A stretch of DNA of 45,811 nt from a virus (Duplodnaviria > Caudoviricetes). Below, piece after piece: positions 43,901 through 45,811 of this stretch. The stretch covers positions 1-45,811 of IMG/VR virus record IMGVR_UViG_3300048881_000514; one strand, written 5' to 3'. The position numbers were made by a program, and so were the translations under genes. The notes beneath the pieces were generated by a model that had not been told where the DNA came from, made no database searches, and saw nothing but the letters and a program-made list of their open reading frames with translations. Numbering within the stretch: the first letter of the stretch is position 1; each line of letters opens with the position of its first letter.

Positions 43901-45811
43901 ACTCTCACTTCTCTTGGGGTATCAGGAACAACAGGGCTTGATGGTGCAGTCGTTATTAATGATACGGGGGCAGATGTTGATTTCAGAGTAGAATCTGATG
44001 GCAATGCTAATATGTTAGTCGTTAATGGTGGGACTAATCGTATAGGTGTCGGCACAGACTCTCCAGGAACTATGCTTCAAGTCGAGGGTTCTGACGCTTA
44101 CCTCACTCTTAAAAATACTTCGGCTGAAAATGGTGAGGGAGGGGCTGAAACGAAGATCATATTTGAAGATCATGGTGATAACCCACTCGCTCAGATTGAG
44201 GCTTCTCATCATGGTGGTGTTGATGATGAGAAGGGCAAATTAATCTTATCTGTCAATGATGATGGAGGGTTAGAAACTGTATTAACTCTTGATTCTGCAC
44301 AGTTGGCTACTTTCGCAGGAAACATTGACTTCTCAGACGGAGCTGTTCTCGGTTCTTCCGTAGGAAATACCCACTCAATGACTCTTGGTGGACACGCAGG
44401 TTCGACTGTAATCACATCAGGTCATTTAAGAGTAACAAGTAACGTCATTCAAGCTTCTGATGGTGGAACTACTATCACTCTTGATGTGAATGACAATGTT
44501 TCCATAGGAAATAATCTTACTGTTGATGGAGGATTGGTCACTCTTTCTAATGGTTCAACGATTGACTCTGAAACTACAGCAGGAATATTACTTCTTACTG
44601 AGGACGTGGTTGCAACTTCAGCCGCTTTGAAAGTCATTGGAAATAGCATCCAAAACAGTGGAGGTGTCGCCTCTATTGGCTTAACAGTAGACAACGCAAC
44701 CACCACGATTACAGGAACAACTACTGTTCTTTCTAACAATCTTCAGATAAATGGTACTTCGATTGTTTCTGAAGCCGCGGGTGATGTTCTTACCTTATTT
44801 AATAATAATACGGGTGGGATCACACTTGGTGCTACAACAGGAACGACTACTCTCGGAGGATCTCTTACTGTAACTGACAACACCATTAACTTTGGTGCTG
44901 ACGATGACGCTACGATTGGTGGGGTTGTCTCAACAGCTACTAAGATTATCACCATTGGTGGTGGTGGTATCACTAAGACATCAGGTAAGTTAAGACTTGG
45001 TGGGGATGTAATCCAAGCCTCTGATGGTGCAGAGACTATTTCTATTAATGCGGTTAATGACCTTGTTACTTTCTTAGCTGACATTAAAGTTGGTGGAGAC
45101 ACTATTCAGAGTTCTACGGCTGACGCTATTGAACTTAGTGGTGCTAATGTAGCGGTCAAAGGCGATCTTACGGTTGAGGGTCAAGACCTTACTCTTGGTA
45201 CAGCTACAGCAGGTGCTACTACAATCAAAGTGCCTGATCAAACTACTGCAAATACCGCAGGTCATACACTCACTATTTCAGCAGGAGCAGGTAAGGGAGA
45301 TGGAGCAGGTGGTAGTCTTATCTTCCAAACGGCTCCAGCGGGGGCAGAAGATGCAGGTGCAGGTACGTTAGCGACTGCTCTGACAATCGATTCTACAAAG
45401 AAAGCCACTTTCGCAGGTGCTGTTCAGATTACAGGTAATCTTGAAGTAGACGGGACGACTACTCAGATCGACTCGACTATCTCTACTTACGCTGACCCTA
45501 TGATTCACCTGAATAAAGATGCGTTGGAGAACTCAGACTTGGGTGTTTATATGTCAGTTCATGCGAACGACAATAACCATCAAAATCTTGCTATGTATTG
45601 GGATGACGCTGAAGGATCATTTACTTTTGCAAGTACGACTGCTGATCTTGGAGATGGAGCAGGTGCTGTAAATCTTAGTGCAGGGGCTGATTATAGATTA
45701 GAGCCTGTTCTAGCGAAAGCACTTTCTCTTGATGGTGGGGCTTTCACTATTGAGAATGGAAATGATGACTTTACTATTTCTTCGGCAGGTGTTTTAACCT
45801 CTAATAATACA
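40961..45811 (+). CDS. giant tail-fibre/adhesin-like repeat protein, 3'-truncated (>1617 aa; not in ORF track)
   Basis: AAAGGAG SD; MSSFGTG...GDLTVQGDTTTVNTTNLDVED.VI.LN...DIGLFFERG...NA..FWDE; G/T/S/D-rich; same frame at the window end. Confidence 0.85.
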   Translation, partial: MSSFGTGTSNTGGSSIALTAFSGTNGVQAGTDGLVPGPSTDQKGYILGAGGDWTLTLGTSTTTVVVAGDLTVQGDTTTVNTTNLDVEDTVIRLNKGVSGGANSNDIGLFFERGTTGDNAILFWDEGDDIFKLGTTTDAHTATDFGGNLTFGELKLLTLTSTGAVTVGSTLGVTGVSNLNGGISVGTDKFTVSDAGVVVSKGGITDITAVSVFKTGTKIGNITLSDNKIEATNDTLSLSQTITLGATTATATTIKAPTQTTANGDGASLTIASGVAQSNLGDGGSIVFQTGGVDGGALATVLTLDNEKKATFAGEVEIAGVFSVTGNLAGIDNLALDSISADANDISISLTDNRASSLDITEAGNSYLKFTTTDDGEKVVFGKIFEGVTASKIGDVEISNGQIQTTNANNNLSFNDNNLSTTGTLGAGVATLASGSKIGDLTLENGSISSDGVAISFGDENLSTTGTLGAGVATLASTSTVGALTLADGSITDSSGAISFGNENLSTTGTLGAGATTVTSLSATDGNITNVGDISLDSISADANDISISLTDNRASSLDITQGANSYLKFTTTDGGEKAVFGKIFEAITASKIGNLTLANGSITDSSGAISFGDENLSTTGTLGAGVATLASSSTVGALTLADGSITDSSGAISFGDENLVTTGTLGAGATTVTSLDASSGGVTNAGAISGVSSIAGTSMDITLANDDADALEIMGDVGAGDAGDHAYLSFVTTNTAEEVVVNQEGEDIDFRVEGDGEANLIFARASDDKVGIKTANPAFDLDITGTLGVSGLADLNGGIDVNGSKFTVSTAGVVVAVGGLTGDVTGNADTSTEATNVTAVANNATDETVYLTFVDGATGTQGIETDTGLNYNPSTGVLTTTSVTGNLTGNVTGNADTSTEATNVTAVANNAGNETVYLTFVDGATGTQGIETDTGLNYNPSTGILATTSVTGNLTGDVTGNADTSTTVTGAAQANITSVGTLTSLGVSGTTGLDGAVVINDTGADVDFRVESDGNANMLVVNGGTNRIGVGTDSPGTMLQVEGSDAYLTLKNTSAENGEGGAETKIIFEDHGDNPLAQIEASHHGGVDDEKGKLILSVNDDGGLETVLTLDSAQLATFAGNIDFSDGAVLGSSVGNTHSMTLGGHAGSTVITSGHLRVTSNVIQASDGGTTITLDVNDNVSIGNNLTVDGGLVTLSNGSTIDSETTAGILLLTEDVVATSAALKVIGNSIQNSGGVASIGLTVDNATTTITGTTTVLSNNLQINGTSIVSEAAGDVLTLFNNNTGGITLGATTGTTTLGGSLTVTDNTINFGADDDATIGGVVSTATKIITIGGGGITKTSGKLRLGGDVIQASDGAETISINAVNDLVTFLADIKVGGDTIQSSTADAIELSGANVAVKGDLTVEGQDLTLGTATAGATTIKVPDQTTANTAGHTLTISAGAGKGDGAGGSLIFQTAPAGAEDAGAGTLATALTIDSTKKATFAGAVQITGNLEVDGTTTQIDSTISTYADPMIHLNKDALENSDLGVYMSVHANDNNHQNLAMYWDDAEGSFTFASTTADLGDGAGAVNLSAGADYRLEPVLAKALSLDGGAFTIENGNDDFTISSAGVLTSNNT
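41963..42970 (+). repeat. nested coding repeats: 129-bp unit x5 within a ~600-bp duplication
   Basis: ACCACAGGCACTTTAGGTGCAGGTG at 42218, 42347, 42476, 42812 and 42941; LDSISADANDISISLTDNRASSLDIT at 41963 and 42563. Confidence 0.9.
43436..43858 (+). repeat. 201-bp coding tandem repeat (67 aa), two copies plus a partial third
   Basis: GNADTST at 43436, 43637 and 43838; ETVYLTFVDGATGTQGIETDTGLNYNPSTG occurs twice. Confidence 0.9.

Noticed and set aside
41176-45371. Many minus-strand and off-frame ORFs in the ORF track
   Set aside because: They are shadows of the single long plus-strand fibre ORF starting at 40961.
1-45811. Stop-codon reassignment, or a eukaryotic/archaeal virus origin suggested by the TATA-like boxes
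   Set aside because: Conserved genes are full length in the standard code and all three stops are used. SD motifs, a peptidoglycan amidase, RecA, DnaN/DnaX and a group I chaperonin indicate a bacterial host.
1-45811. tRNA or rRNA genes
   Set aside because: Intergenic gaps are short and none shows a cloverleaf with a T-loop. tRNAscan-SE would confirm.

Overview
An AT-rich, densely coding fragment of a large (probably jumbo) tailed dsDNA bacteriophage, read in the standard code. I found no rRNA, tRNA, CRISPR array, integrase or transposase. The window has three zones. (1) About 1-14.7 kb is a co-oriented (+) accessory or early region of small, mostly unknown genes. It is punctuated by seven copies of a ~40-bp element (AGGAAAATAGGG-N2-YGWAACARGATYCCTATAT(A)AGARTG) and by about nine copies of a pentaloop hairpin overlapping the Shine-Dalgarno (AACTC-GAARG-GAGTT). 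It also holds four tandem mosaic winged-helix-like paralogs. (2) About 15.6-40.9 kb is DNA metabolism: UvrD, MazG, a split SbcC with SbcD, a PD-(D/E)XK nuclease, a beta-clamp, RecA, RuvC, a dCMP deaminase, DnaX, NusG-like and sigma-like proteins, a degenerate GroEL, an amidase and a PyrD-like enzyme. It also carries a beta-class DNA methyltransferase split into three kinds of gene, with the middle module in two divergent copies. (3) From 40961 to the end is a repeat-rich tail-fibre-like ORF of more than 1600 aa, absent from the ORF track. The best candidates for new biology are the modular split methyltransferase and the repeated promoter-like element with its nut-like (boxA/boxB-like) leader, found alongside a phage NusG and an Arg-rich peptide. 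All product calls come from motif recognition by eye; no database search was run.
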